64,000 nt of DNA from Eledone cirrhosa. Lineage: Eukaryota. Below the pieces are notes generated by a model, which made no database searches, was not told where the DNA came from, and saw only the letters and a list, made by a program, of their open reading frames with translations. Below are positions 38,830 to 53,450 of the stretch, piece by piece. The DNA is taken from the NCBI GenBank assembly GCA_964016885.1, contig OZ024759.1, positions 6,014,001-6,078,000 on the forward strand, given 5' to 3'. The position numbers and the translations under genes were made by a program. The first letter of the stretch is position 1, and each line of letters begins with the position of its first letter.

Positions 38830-41250
38830 TTCATGGTATTAGCTGTCAGAAGTAACTCCACTGTTGGTGAGAATTCATTTACGTTCATGGTACTAGTTGT
38901 CAGAAGTAACTCCACTGTTGGTGAGAATTCATTTAAGTTCATGGTACTAGCTGTCAGAAGTAACTCCACTGTTGGTGAGAATTCATTTAAGTTCATGGTA
39001 TTAGCTGTCAGAAGTAACTCCACTGTTGGTGAGAATTCATTTAAGTCATGGTATTAGCTGTCAGAAGTAACTCCATTGTTGGTGAGAATTCATTTAAGTC
39101 ATGGTACTGGCTGTCAGAAGTAACTCCACTGTTGGTGAGAATTCATTTAAGTTCATGGTACTAGCTGTCAGAAGTAACTCCACTGTTGGTGAGAATTCAT
39201 TTAAGTTCATGGTATTAGTTTGTCAGAAGTAACTCCACTGTTGGTGAGAATTCATTTAAGTCATGGTATTAGTTGTCAGAAGTAACTCCAATGTTGGTGA
39301 GAATTCATTTAAGTTCATGGTATTAGCTGTCAGAAGTAACTCCACTGTTAGTGAGAATTCATTTAAGTCATGTTATTAGCTGTCAGAAGTAACTCCAATG
39401 TTGGTGAGAATTCATTTAAGTCATGGTACTAGCTGTCAGAAGTAACTCCAATGTTGGTGAGAATTCAGTTAAGTTCATGGTATTAACTTTGAGAAGGAAC
39501 TCCACTGTTGGTGAGAATTCATTTAAGTTCATGGTATTAGCTGTCAGAAGTAACTCCACTGTTGGTGAGAATTCATTTAAGTTCATGGTACTAGCTGTCA
39601 GAAGTAACTCCACTGTTGGTGAGAATTCATTTAAGTTCATGGTACTAGCTGTCAGAAGTAACTCCATTGTTGGTGAGAATTCAGTTAAGTTCATGGTATT
39701 AGTTGTCAGAAGTAACTCCACTGTTGGTGAGAATTCATTTAAATCATGGCATTAGTTGTCAGAAGTAACTCCAATGTTGGTGAGAATTCATTTAAGTTCA
39801 TGGTACTAGCTGTCAGAAGTAACTCCACTGTTGGTGAGAATTCATTTACGTTCATGGTATTAGTTTGTCAGAAGTAACTCCACTGTTGGTGAGAATTCAT
39901 TTAAGTCATGGTATTAGTTGTCAGAAGTAACTCCAATGTTGGTGAGAATTCATTTAAGTTCATGGTACTAGCTGTCAGAAGTAACTCCACTGTTGGTGAG
40001 AATTCATTTAAGTCCATGGTATTAGCTGTCAGAAGTAACTCCACTGTTGGTGAGAATTCATTTACGTTCATGGTACTAGTTGTCAGAAGTAACTCCACTG
40101 TTGGTGAGAATTCATTTAAGTTCATGGTACTAGCTGTCAGAAGTAACTCCACTGTTGGTGAGAATTCATTTAAGTTCATGGTATTAGCTGTCAGAAGTAA
40201 CTCCACTGTTGGTGAGAATTCATTTAAGTCATGGTATTAGCTGTCAGAAGTAACTCCATTGTTGGTGAGAATTCATTTAAGTCATGGTACTGGCTGTCAG
40301 AAGTAACTCCACTGTTGGTGAGAATTCATTTAAGTTCATGGTACTAGCTGTCAGAAGTAACTCCACTGTTGGTGAGAATTCATTTAAGTTCATGGTATTA
40401 GTTTGTCAGAAGTAACTCCACTGTTGGTGAGAATTCATTTAAGTCATGGTATTAGTTGTCAGAAGTAACTCCAATGTTGGTGAGAATTCATTTAAGTTCA
40501 TGGTATTAGCTGTCAGAAGTAACTCCACTGTTAGTGAGAATTCATTTAAGTCATGTTATTAGCTGTCAGAAGTAACTCCAATGTTGGTGAGAATTCATTT
40601 AAGTCATGGTACTAGCTGTCAGAAGTAACTCCAATGTTGGTGAGAATTCAGTTAAGTTCATGGTATTAACTTTGAGAAGGAACTCCACTGTTGGTGAGAA
40701 TTCATTTAAGTTCATGGTATTAGCTGTCAGAAGTAACTCCACTGTTGGTGAGAATTCATTTAAGTTCATGGTACTAGCTGTCAGAAGTAACTCCACTGTT
40801 GGTGAGAATTCATTTAAGTTCATGGTACTAGCTGTCAGAAGTAACTCCATTGTTGGTGAGAATTCAGTTAAGTTCATGGTATTAGTTGTCAGAAGTAACT
40901 CCACTGTTGGTGAGAATTCATTTAAATCATGGCATTAGTTGTCAGAAGTAACTCCAATGTTGGTGAGAATTCATTTAAGTTCATGGTACTAGCTGTCAGA
41001 AGTAACTCCACTGTTGGTGAGAATTCATTTACGTTCATGGTATTAGTTTGTCAGAAGTAACTCCACTGTTGGTGAGAATTCATTTAAGTCATGGTATTAG
41101 TTGTCAGAAGTAACTCCAATGTTGGTGAGAATTCATTTAAGTTCATGGTACTAGCTGTCAGAAGTAACTCCACTGTTGGTGAGAATTCATTTAAGTCCAT
41201 GGTATTAGCTGTCAGAAGTAACTCCACTGTTGGTGAGAATTCATTTAAGT
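38830..41250 (+). repeat. Tandem duplication of a 1183-bp (22-monomer) unit
   Basis: GGCATTAG at 39748 and 40931. ORFs 39423/40606. Shared TACTGGCT, TAACTTTGAG and GTTAGTGAG variants. Confidence 0.9.
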
Positions 41251-44200
41251 CATGGTATTAGCTGTCAGAAGTAACTCCACTGTTGGTGAGAATTCATTTA
41301 AGTTCATGGTATTAGCTGTCAGAAGTAACTCCACTGTTGGTGAGAATTCATTTAAGTTCATGGTACTAGCTGTCAGAAGTAACTCCACTGTTGGTGAGAA
41401 TTCATTTAAGTTCATGGTACTAGCTGTCAGAAGTAACTCCACTGTTGGTGAGAATTCATTTAAGTTCATGGTATTAGTTTGTCAGAAGTAACTCCACTGT
41501 TGGTGAGAATTCATTTAAGTCATGGTATTAGTTGTCAGAAGTAACTCCAATGTTGGTGAGAATTCATTTAAGTCATGGTACTAGCTGTCAGAAGTAACTC
41601 CAATGTTTGTGAGAATTCATTTAAGTTCATGGTATTAGCTGTCAGAAGGAACTCCACTGTTGGTGAGAATTCATTTAAGTTCATGGTACTAGCTGTCAGA
41701 AGTAACTCCACTGTTGGTGAGAATTCATTTAAGTTCATGGTACTAGCTGTCAGAAGTAACTCCAATGTTGGTGAGAATTCATTTAAGTTCATGGTATTAG
41801 CTGTCAGAAGTAACTCCTCTGTTGGTGAGAATTCATTTAAGTTCATGTTATTAGCTGTCAGAAGTAACTCCACTGTTGGTGAGAATTCATTTAAGTCATG
41901 GTATTAGTTGTCAGAAGTAACTCCAATGTTGGTGAGAATTCATTTAAGTTCATGGTATTAGCTGTCAGAAGTCACTCCAATGTTGGTGAGAATTCATTTA
42001 AGTTCATGGTATTAGCTGTCAGAAGTCACTCCAATGTTGGTGAGAATTCATTTAAGTTCATGGTATTAGCTTTCAGAAGGAACTCCACTGTTGGTGAGAA
42101 TTCATTTAAGTTCATGGTATTAGCTGTCAGAAGTAACTCCACTGTTGGTGAGAATTCATTTAAGTTCATGGTATTAGCTGTCAGAAGTAACTCCACTGTT
42201 GGTGAGAATTCATTTAAGTTCATGGTATTAGCTGTCAGAAGGAACTCCAATGTTGGTGAGAATTCATTTAAGTCATGGTACTAGCTGTCAGAAGTAACTC
42301 CACTGTTGGTGAGAATTCATTTAAGTTCATGGTATTAGCTGTCAGAAGGAACGCCACTGTTGGTGAGAATTCATTTAAGTTCATGGTATTAGCTGTCAGA
42401 AGTAACTCCACTGTTGGTGAGAATTCATTTAAGTTCATGGTACTAGCTGTCAGAAGTAACTCCAATGTTGGTGAGAATTCATTTAAGTTCATGGTATTAG
42501 CTGTCAGAAGGAACTCCACTGTTGGTGAGAATTCATTTAAGTTCATGGTATTAGCTGTCAGAAGTAACTCCACTGTTGGTGAGAATTCATTTACGTTCAT
42601 GGTACTAGTTGTCAGAAGTAACTCCACTGTTGGTGAGAATTCATTTAAGTTCATGGTACTAGCTGTCAGAAGTAACTCCACTGTTGGTGAGAATTCATTT
42701 AAGTTCATGGTATTAGCTGTCAGAAGTAACTCCACTGTTGGTGAGAATTCATTTAAGTCATGGTATTAGCTGTCAGAAGTAACTCCATTGTTGGTGAGAA
42801 TTCATTTAAGTCATGGTACTGGCTGTCAGAAGTAACTCCACTGTTGGTGAGAATTCATTTAAGTTCATGGTACTAGCTGTCAGAAGTAACTCCAATGTTG
42901 GTGAGAATTCATTTAAGTTCATGGTATTAGCTGTCAGAAGTAACTCCACTGTTGGTGAGAATTCATTTAAGTCATGGTATTAGCTGTCAGAAGTAACTCC
43001 AATGTTGGTGAGAATTCATTTAAGTTCATGGTATTAGCTGTCAGAAGTAACTCCACTGTTGGTGAGAATTCATTTAAGTTCATGGTACTAGCTGTCAGAC
43101 GTAACTCCACTGTTGGTGAGAATTCATTTAAGTTCATGGTATTAGTTTGTCAGAAGTAACTCCACTGTTGGTGAGAATTCATTTAAGTCATGGTATTAGT
43201 TGTCAGAAGTAACTCCAATGTTGGTGAGAATTCATTTAAGTTCATGGTACTAGCTGTCAGAAGTAACTCCACTGTTGGTGAGAATTCATTTAAGTTCATG
43301 GTATTAGCTGTCAGAAGTAACTCCACTGTTGGTGAGAATTCATTTAAGTCATGGTATTAGCTGTCAGAAGTAACTCCAATGTTGGTGAGAATTCATTTAA
43401 GTCATGGTACTAGCTGTCAGAAGTAACTCCAATGTTGGTGAGAATTCATTTAAGTTCATGGTATTAGCTGTCAGAAGTAACTCCACTGTTAGTGAGAATT
43501 CATTTAAGTCATGTTATTAGCTGTCAGAAGTAACTCCAATGTTGGTGAGAATTCATTTAAGTCAAGGTACTAGCTGTCAGAAGTAACTCCAATGTTGGTG
43601 AGAATTCAGTTAAGTTCATGGTATTAACTTTGAGAAGGAACTCCACTGTTGGTGAGAATTCATTTAAGTTCATGGTATTAGCTGTCAGAAGTAACTCCAC
43701 TGTTGGTGAGAATTCATTTAAGTTCATGGTACTAGCTGTCAGAAGTAACTCCACTGTTGGTGAGAATTCATTTAAGTTCATGGTACTAGCTGTCAGAAGT
43801 AACTCCATTGTTGGTGAGAATTCAGTTAACTTCATGGTATTAGTTGTCAGAAGTAACTCCACTGTTGGTGAGAATTCATTTAAATCATGGTATTAGTTGT
43901 CAGAAGTAACTCCAATGTTGGTGAGAATTCATTTAAGTTCATGGTACTAGCTGTCAGAAGTAACTCCACTGTTGGTGAGAATTCATTTACGTTCATGGTA
44001 TTAGTTTGTCAGAAGTAACTCCACTGTTGGTGAGAATTCATTTAAGTCATGGTATTAGTTGTCAGAAGTAACTCCAATGTTGGTGAGAATTCATTTAAGT
44101 TCATGGTACTAGCTGTCAGAAGTAACTCCACTGTTGGTGAGAATTCATTTAAGTCCATGGTATTAGCTGTCAGAAGTAACTCCACTGTTGGTGAGAATTC

Positions 44201-47200
44201 ATTTAAGTCATGGTATTAGCTGTCAGAAGTAACTCCATTGTTGGTGAGAATTCATTTAAGTCATGGTACTGGCTGTCAGAAGTAACTCCACTGTTGGTGA
44301 GAATTCATTTAAGTTCATGGTACTAGCTGTCAGAAGTAACTCCAATGTTGGTGAGAATTCATTTAAGTTCATGGTATTAGCTGTCAGAAGTAACTCCACT
44401 GTTGGTGAGAATTCATTTAAGTCATGGTATTAGCTGTCAGAAGTAACTCCAATGTTGGTGAGAATTCATTTAAGTTCATGGTATTAGCTGTCAGAAGTAA
44501 CTCCACTGTTGGTGAGAATTCATTTAAGTTCATGGTACTAGCTGTCAGAAGTAACTCCACTGTTGGTGAGAATTCATTTAAGTTCATGGTATTAGTTTGT
44601 CAGAAGTAACTCCACTGTTGGTGAGAATTCATTTAAGTCATGGTATTAGTTGTCAGAAGTAACTCCAATGTTGGTGAGAATTCATTTAAGTTCATGGTAT
44701 TAGCTGTCAGAAGTAACTCCACTGTTAGTGAGAATTCATTTAAGTCATGTTATTAGCTGTCAGAAGTAACTCCAATGTTGGTGAGAATTCATTTAAGTCA
44801 TGGTACTAGCTGTCAGAAGTAACTCCAATGTTGGTGAGAATTCAGTTAAGTTCATGGTATTAACTTTGAGAAGGAACTCCACTGTTGGTGAGAATTCATT
44901 TAAGTTCATGGTATTAGCTGTCAGAAGTAACTCCACTGTTGGTGAGAATTCATTTAAGTTCATGGTACTAGCTGTCAGAAGTAACTCCACTGTTGGTGAG
45001 AATTCATTTAAGTTCATGGTACTAGCTGTCAGAAGTAACTCCATTGTTGGTGAGAATTCAGTTAAGTTCATGGTATTAGTTGTCAGAAGTAACTCCACTG
45101 TTGGTGAGAATTCATTTAAATCATGGTATTAGTTGTCAGAAGTAACTCCAATGTTGGTGAGAATTCATTTAAGTTCATGGTACTAGCTGTCAGAAGTAAC
45201 TCCACTGTTGGTGAGAATTCATTTACGTTCATGGTATTAGTTTGTCAGAAGTAACTCCACTGTTGGTGAGAATTCATTTAAGTCATGGTATTAGTTGTCA
45301 GAAGTAACTCCAATGTTGGTGAGAATTCATTTAAGTTCATGGTACTAGCTGTCAGAAGTAACTCCACTGTTGGTGAGAATTCATTTAAGTCCATGGTATT
45401 AGCTGTCAGAAGTAACTCCACTGTTGGTGAGAATTCATTTAAGTCATGGTATTAGCTGTCAGAAGTAACTCCACTGTTGGTGAGAATTCATTTAAGTTCA
45501 TGGTATTAGCTGTCAGAAGTAACTCCACTGTTGGTGAGAATTCATTTAAGTTCATGGTACTAGCTGTCAGAAGTAACTCCACTGTTGGTGAGAATTCATT
45601 TAAGTTCATGGTACTAGCTGTCAGAAGTAACTCCACTGTTGGTGAGAATTCATTTAAGTTCATGGTATTAGTTTGTCAGAAGTAACTCCACTGTTGGTGA
45701 GAATTCATTTAAGTCATGGTATTAGTTGTCAGAAGTAACTCCAATGTTGGTGAGAATTCATTTAAGTCATGGTACTAGCTGTCAGAAGTAACTCCAATGT
45801 TTGTGAGAATTCATTTAAGTTCATGGTATTAGCTGTCAGAAGGAACTCCACTGTTGGTGAGAATTCATTTAAGTTCATGGTACTAGCTGTCAGAAGTAAC
45901 TCCACTGTTGGTGAGAATTCATTTAAGTTCATGGTACTAGCTGTCAGAAGTAACTCCAATGTTGGTGAGAATTCATTTAAGTTCATGGTATTAGCTGTCA
46001 GAAGTAACTCCTCTGTTGGTGAGAATTCATTTAAGTTCATGGTATTAGCTGTCAGAAGTAACTCCACTGTTGGTGAGAATTCATTTAAGTCATGGTATTA
46101 GTTGTCAGAAGTAACTCCAATGTTGGTGAGAATTCATTTAAGTTCATGGTATTAGCTGTCAGAAGTCACTCCAATGTTGGTGAGAATTCATTTAAGTTCA
46201 TGGTATTAGCTGTCAGAAGTCACTCCAATGTTGGTGAGAATTCATTTAAGTTCATGGTATTAGCTTTCAGAAGGAACTCCACTGTTGGTGAGAATTCATT
46301 TAAGTTCATGGTATTAGCTGTCAGAAGTAACTCCACTGTTGGTGAGAATTCATTTAAGTTCATGGTATTAGCTGTCAGAAGTAACTCCACTGTTGGTGAG
46401 AATTCATTTAAGTTCATGGTATTAGCTGTCAGAAGGAACTCCAATGTTGGTGAGAATTCATTTAAGTCATGGTACTAGCTGTCAGAAGTAACTCCACTGT
46501 TGGTGAGAATTCATTTAAGTTCATGGTATTAGCTGTCAGAAGGAACGCCACTGTTGGTGAGAATTCATTTAAGTTCATGGTATTAGCTGTCAGAAGTAAC
46601 TCCACTGTTGGTGAGAATTCATTTAAGTTCATGGTACTAGCTGTCAGAAGTAACTCCAATGTTGGTGAGAATTCATTTAAGTTCATGGTATTAGCTGTCA
46701 GAAGGAACTCCACTGTTGGTGAGAATTCATTTAAGTTCATGGTATTAGCTGTCAGAAGTAACTCCACTGTTGGTGAGAATTCATTTACGTTCATGGTACT
46801 AGTTGTCAGAAGTAACTCCACTGTTGGTGAGAATTCATTTAAGTTCATGGTACTAGCTGTCAGAAGTAACTCCACTGTTGGTGAGAATTCATTTAAGTTC
46901 ATGGTATTAGCTGTCAGAAGTAACTCCACTGTTGGTGAGAATTCATTTAAGTCATGGTATTAGCTGTCAGAAGTAACTCCATTGTTGGTGAGAATTCATT
47001 TAAGTCATGGTACTGGCTGTCAGAAGTAACTCCACTGTTGGTGAGAATTCATTTAAGTTCATGGTACTAGCTGTCAGAAGTAACTCCAATGTTGGTGAGA
47101 ATTCATTTAAGTTCATGGTATTAGCTGTCAGAAGTAACTCCACTGTTGGTGAGAATTCATTTAAGTCATGGTATTAGCTGTCAGAAGTAACTCCAATGTT

Positions 47201-48400
47201 GGTGAGAATTCATTTAAGTTCATGGTATTAGCTGTCAGAAGTAACTCCACTGTTGGTGAGAATTCATTTAAGTTCATGGTACTAGCTGTCAGACGTAACT
47301 CCACTGTTGGTGAGAATTCATTTAAGTTCATGGTATTAGTTTGTCAGAAGTAACTCCACTGTTGGTGAGAATTCATTTAAGTCATGGTATTAGTTGTCAG
47401 AAGTAACTCCAATGTTGGTGAGAATTCATTTAAGTTCATGGTACTAGCTGTCAGAAGTAACTCCACTGTTGGTGAGAATTCATTTAAGTTCATGGTATTA
47501 GCTGTCAGAAGTAACTCCACTGTTGGTGAGAATTCATTTAAGTCATGGTATTAGCTGTCAGAAGTAACTCCAATGTTGGTGAGAATTCATTTAAGTCATG
47601 GTACTAGCTGTCAGAAGTAACTCCAATGTTGGTGAGAATTCATTTAAGTTCATGGTATTAGCTGTCAGAAGTAACTCCACTGTTAGTGAGAATTCATTTA
47701 AGTCATGTTATTAGCTGTCAGAAGTAACTCCAATGTTGGTGAGAATTCATTTAAGTCATGGTACTAGCTGTCAGAAGTAACTCCAATGTTGGTGAGAATT
47801 CAGTTAAGTTCATGGTATTAACTTTGAGAAGGAACTCCACTGTTGGTGAGAATTCATTTAAGTTCATGGTATTAGCTGTCAGAAGTAACTCCACTGTTGG
47901 TGAGAATTCATTTAAGTTCATGGTACTAGCTGTCAGAAGTAACTCCACTGTTGGTGAGAATTCATTTAAGTTCATGGTACTAGCTGTCAGAAGTAACTCC
48001 ATTGTTGGTGAGAATTCAGTTAACTTCATGGTATTAGTTGTCAGAAGTAACTCCACTGTTGGTGAGAATTCATTTAAATCATGGTATTAGTTGTCAGAAG
48101 TAACTCCAATGTTGGTGAGAATTCATTTAAGTTCATGGTACTAGCTGTCAGAAGTAACTCCACTGTTGGTGAGAATTCATTTACGTTCATGGTATTAGTT
48201 TGTCAGAAGTAACTCCACTGTTGGTGAGAATTCATTTAAGTCATGGTATTAGTTGTCAGAAGTAACTCCAATGTTGGTGAGAATTCATTTAAGTTCATGG
48301 TACTAGCTGTCAGAAGTAACTCCACTGTTGGTGAGAATTCATTTAAGTCCATGGTATTAGCTGTCAGAAGTAACTCCACTGTTGGTGAGAATTCATTTAA
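40330..48400 (+). repeat. Tandem duplication of a 4194-bp (78-monomer) unit
   Basis: CCTCT variant at 41816 and 46010. GTTAACTTC at 43825 and 48019. ORFs 40606/44800, 41252/45446, 42275/46469 and 43557/47751. Confidence 0.9.
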
Positions 48401-50129
48401 GTCATGGTATTAGCTGTCAGAAGTAACTCCACTGTTGGTGAGAATTCATTTAAGTTCATGGTATTAGCTGTCAGAAGTAACTCCACTGTTGGTGAGAATT
48501 CATTTAAGTTCATGGTACTAGCTGTCAGAAGTAACTCCACTGTTGGTGAGAATTCATTTAAGTTCATGGTATTAGTTTGTCAGAAGTAACTCCACTGTTG
48601 GTGAGAATTCATTTAAGTCATGGTATTAGTTGTCAGAAGTAACTCCAATGTTGGTGAGAATTCATTTAAGTCATGGTACTAGCTGTCAGAAGTAACTCCA
48701 ATGTTTGTGAGAATTCATTTAAGTTCATGGTATTAGCTGTCAGAAGGAACTCCACTGTTGGTGAGAATTCATTTAAGTTCATGGTACTAGCTGTCAGAAG
48801 TAACTCCACTGTTGGTGAGAATTCATTTAAGTTCATGGTACTAGCTGTCAGAAGTAACTCCAATGTTGGTGAGAATTCATTTAAGTTCATGGTATTAGCT
48901 GTCAGAAGTAACTCCTCTGTTGGTGAGAATTCATTTAAGTTCATGGTATTAGCTGTCAGAAGTAACTCCACTGTTGGTGAGAATTCATTTAAGTCATGGT
49001 ATTAGTTGTCAGAAGTAACTCCAATGTTGGTGAGAATTCATTTAAGTTCATGGTATTAGCTGTCAGAAGGAACTCCAATGTTGGTGAGAATTCATTTAAG
49101 TCATGGTACTAGCTGTCAGAAGTAACTCCAATGTTGGTGAGAATTCATTTAAGTTCATGGTATTAGCTGTCAGAAGTAACTCCACTGTTGGTGAGAATTC
49201 ATTTAAGTCATGGTATTAGCTGTCAGAAGTAACTCCAATGTTGGTGAGAATTCATTTAAGTCATGGTACTAGCTGTCAGAAGTAACTCCAATGTTGGTGA
49301 GAATTCAGTTAAGTTCATGGTATTAACTGTGAGAAGGAACTCCACTGTTGGTGAGAATTCATTTAAGTTCATGGTATTAGCTGTCAGAAGTAACTCCACT
49401 GTTGGTGAGAATTCATTTAAGTTCATGGTACTAGCTGTCAGAAGTAACTCCACTGTTGGTGAGAATTCATTTAAGTTCATGGTACTAGCTGTCAGAAGTA
49501 ACTCCATTGTTGGTGAGAATTCAGTTAAGTTCATGGTATTAGTTGTCAGAAGTAACTCCACTGTTGGTGAGAATTCATTTAAATCATGGTATTAGTTGTC
49601 AGAAGTAACTCCAATGTTGGTGAGAATTCATTTAAGTTCATGGTACTAGCTGTCAGAAGTAACTCCACTGTTGGTGAGAATTCATTTAAGTTCATGGTAT
49701 TAGTTTGTCAGAAGTAACTCCACTGTTGGTGAAAATTCATTTAAGTCATGGTATTAGTTGTCAGAAGTAACTCCAATGTTGGTGAGAATTCATTTAAGTT
49801 CATGGTACTAGCTGTCAGAAGTAACTCCACTGTTGGTGAGAATTCATTTAAGTCCATGGTATTAGCTGTCAGCAGTAACTCCACTGTTGGTGAGAATTCA
49901 TTTAAGTCATGGTATTAGCTGTCAGAAGTAACTCCACTGTTGGTGAGAATTCATTTAAGTTCATGGTATTAGCTGTCAGAAGTAACTCCACTGTTGGTGA
50001 GAATTCATTTAAGTTCATGGTACTAGCTGTCAGAAGTAACTCCACTGTTGGTGAGAATTCATTTAAGTTCATGGTACTAGCTGTCAGAAGTAACTCCACT
50101 GTTGGTGAGAATTCATTTAAGTTCATGGT

Positions 50130-53100
50130 ATTAGTTTGTCAGAAGTAACTCCACTGTTGGTGAGAATTCATTTAAGTCATGGTATTAGTTGTCAGAAGTA
50201 ACTCCAATGTTGGTGAGAATTCATTTAAGTCATGGTACTAGCTGTCAGAAGTAACTCCAATGTTTGTGAGAATTCATTTAAGTTCATGGTATTAGCTGTC
50301 AGAAGGAACTCCACTGTTGGTGAGAATTCATTTAAGTTCATGGTACTAGCTGTCAGAAGTAACTCCACTGTTGGTGAGAATTCATTTAAGTTCATGGTAC
50401 TAGCTGTCAGAAGTAACTCCAATGTTGGTGAGAATTCATTTAAGTTCATGGTATTAGCTGTCAGAAGTAACTCCACTGTTGGTGAGAATTCATTTAAGTT
50501 CATGGTATTAGCTGTCAGAAGTAACTCCACTGTTGGTGAGAATTCATTTAAGTCATGGTATTAGTTGTCAGAAGTAACTCCAATGTTGGTGAGAATTCAT
50601 TTAAGTTCATGGTATTAGCTGTCAGAAGGAACTCCAATGTTGGTGAGAATTCATTTAAGTCATGGTACTAGCTGTCAGAAGTAACTCCACTGTTGGTGAG
50701 AATTCATTTAAGTTCATGGTATTAGCTGTCAGAAGTAACTCCACTGTTGGTGAGAATTCATTTAAGTCATGGTATTAGCTGTCAGAAGTAACTCCATTGT
50801 TGGTGAGAATTCATTTAAGTCATGGTACTAGCTGTCAGAAGTAACTCCACTGTTGGTGAGAATTCATTTAAGTTCATGGTACTAGCTGTCAGAAGTAACT
50901 CAACTGTTGGTGAGAATTCATTTAAGTTCATGGTACTAGCTGTCAGAAGTAACTCCACTGTTGGTGAGAATTCATTTAAGTTCATGGTACTAGCTGTCAG
51001 AAGTAACTCCACTGTTGGTGAGAATTCATTTAAGTTCATGGTACTAGCTGTCAGAAGTAACTCCAATGTTGGTGAGAATTCATTTAAGTTCATGGTATTA
51101 GCTGTCAGAAGTAACTCCACTGTTGGTGAGAATTCATTTAAGTTCATGGTACTAGCTGTCAGAAGTAACTCCACTGTTGGTGAGAATTCATTTAAGTTCA
51201 TGGTATTAGCTGTCAGAAGTAACTCCACTGTTGGTGAGAATTCATTTAAGTTCATGGTACTAGCTGTCAAAAGTAACCCCAATGTTGGTGAGAATTCATT
51301 TAAGTTCATGGTATTAGCTGTCAGAAGTCACTTCAATGTTGGTGAGAATTCATTTAAGTTCATGGTATTAGCTGTCAGAAGTCACTCCAATGTTGCTGAG
51401 AATTCATTTAAGTTCATGGTATTAGCTTTCAGAAGGAACTCCACTGTTGGTGAGAATTCATTTAAGTTCATGGTATTAGCTGTCAGAAGTAACTCCACTG
51501 TTGGTGAGAATTCATTTAAGTTCATGGTATTAGCTGTCAGAAGTAACTCCACTGTTGGTGAGAATTCATTTAAGTTCATGGTATTAGCTGTCAGAAGGAA
51601 CTCCAATGTTGGTGAGAATTCATTTAAGTCATGGTACTAGCTGTCAGAAGTAACTCCACTGTTGGTGAGAATTCATTTAAGTTCATGGTATTAGCTGTCA
51701 GAAGGAACGCCACTGTTGGTGAGAATTCATTTAAGTTCATGGTATTAGCTGTCAGAAGTAACTCCACTGTTGGTGAGAATTCATTTAAGTTCATGGTATT
51801 AGTTTGTCAGAAGTAACTCCACTGTTGGTGAGAATTCATTTAAGTCATGGTATTAGTTGTCAGAAGTAACTCCAATGTTGGTGAGAATTCATTTAAGTCA
51901 TGGTACTAGCTGTCAGAAGTAACTCCAATGTTTGTGAGAATTCATTTAAGTTCATGGTATTAGCTGTCAGAAGGAACTCCACTGTTGGTGAGAATTCATT
52001 TAAGTTCATGGTACTAGCTGTCAGAAGTAACTCCACTGTTGGTGAGAATTCATTTAAGTTCATGGTACTAGCTGTCAGAAGTAACTCCAATGTTGGTGAG
52101 AATTCATTTAAGTTCATGGTATTAGCTGTCAGAAGTAACTCCACTGTTGGTGAGAATTCATTTAAGTTCATGGTATTAGCTGTCAGAAGTAACTCCACTG
52201 TTGGTGAGAATTCATTTAAGTCATGGTATTAGTTGTCAGAAGTAACTCCAATGTTGGTGAGAATTCATTTAAGTTCATGGTATTAGCTGTCAGAAGGAAC
52301 TCCAATGTTGGTGAGAATTCATTTAAGTCATGGTACTAGCTGTCAGAAGTAACTCCACTGTTGGTGAGAATTCATTTAAGTTCATGGTATTAGCTGTCAG
52401 AAGTAACTCCACTGTTGGTGAGAATTCATTTAAGTCATGGTATTAGCTGTCAGAAGTAACTCCATTGTTGGTGAGAATTCATTTAAGTCATGGTACTAGC
52501 TGTCAGAAGTAACTCCACTGTTGGTGAGAATTCATTTAAGTTCATGGTACTAGCTGTCAGAAGTAACTCAACTGTTGGTGAGAATTCATTTAAGTTCATG
52601 GTACTAGCTGTCAGAAGTAACTCCACTGTTGGTGAGAATTCATTTAAGTTCATGGTACTAGCTGTCAGAAGTAACTCCACTGTTGGTGAGAATTCATTTA
52701 AGTTCATGGTACTAGCTGTCAGAAGTAACTCCAATGTTGGTGAGAATTCATTTAAGTTCATGGTATTAGCTGTCAGAAGTAACTCCACTGTTGGTGAGAA
52801 TTCATTTAAGTTCATGGTACTAGCTGTCAGAAGTAACTCCACTGTTGGTGAGAATTCATTTAAGTTCATGGTATTAGCTGTCAGAAGTAACTCCACTGTT
52901 GGTGAGAATTCATTTAAGTTCATGGTACTAGCTGTCAAAAGTAACCCCAATGTTGGTGAGAATTCATTTAAGTTCATGGTATTAGCTGTCAGAAGTCACT
53001 TCAATGTTGGTGAGAATTCATTTAAGTTCATGGTATTAGCTGTCAGAAGTCACTCCAATGTTGCTGAGAATTCATTTAAGTTCATGGTATTAGCTTTCAG

Positions 53101-53450
53101 AAGGAACTCCACTGTTGGTGAGAATTCATTTAAGTTCATGGTATTAGCTGTCAGAAGTAACTCCACTGTTGGTGAGAATTCATTTAAGTTCATGGTATTA
53201 GCTGTCAGAAGTAACTCCACTGTTGGTGAGAATTCATTTAAGTTCATGGTATTAGCTGTCAGAAGGAACTCCAATGTTGGTGAGAATTCATTTAAGTCAT
53301 GGTACTAGCTGTCAGAAGTAACTCCACTGTTGGTGAGAATTCATTTAAGTTCATGGTATTAGCTGTCAGAAGGAACGCCACTGTTGGTGAGAATTCATTT
53401 AAGTTCATGGTATTAGCTGTCAGAAGTAACTCCACTGTTGGTGAGAATTC
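50130..53450 (+). repeat. Tandem duplication of a 1668-bp (31-monomer) unit
   Basis: CACTTCAAT at 51329 and 52997. ORFs 50232/51900, 50822/52490 and 51631/53299. Shared GTTGCTGAG variant. Confidence 0.9.
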
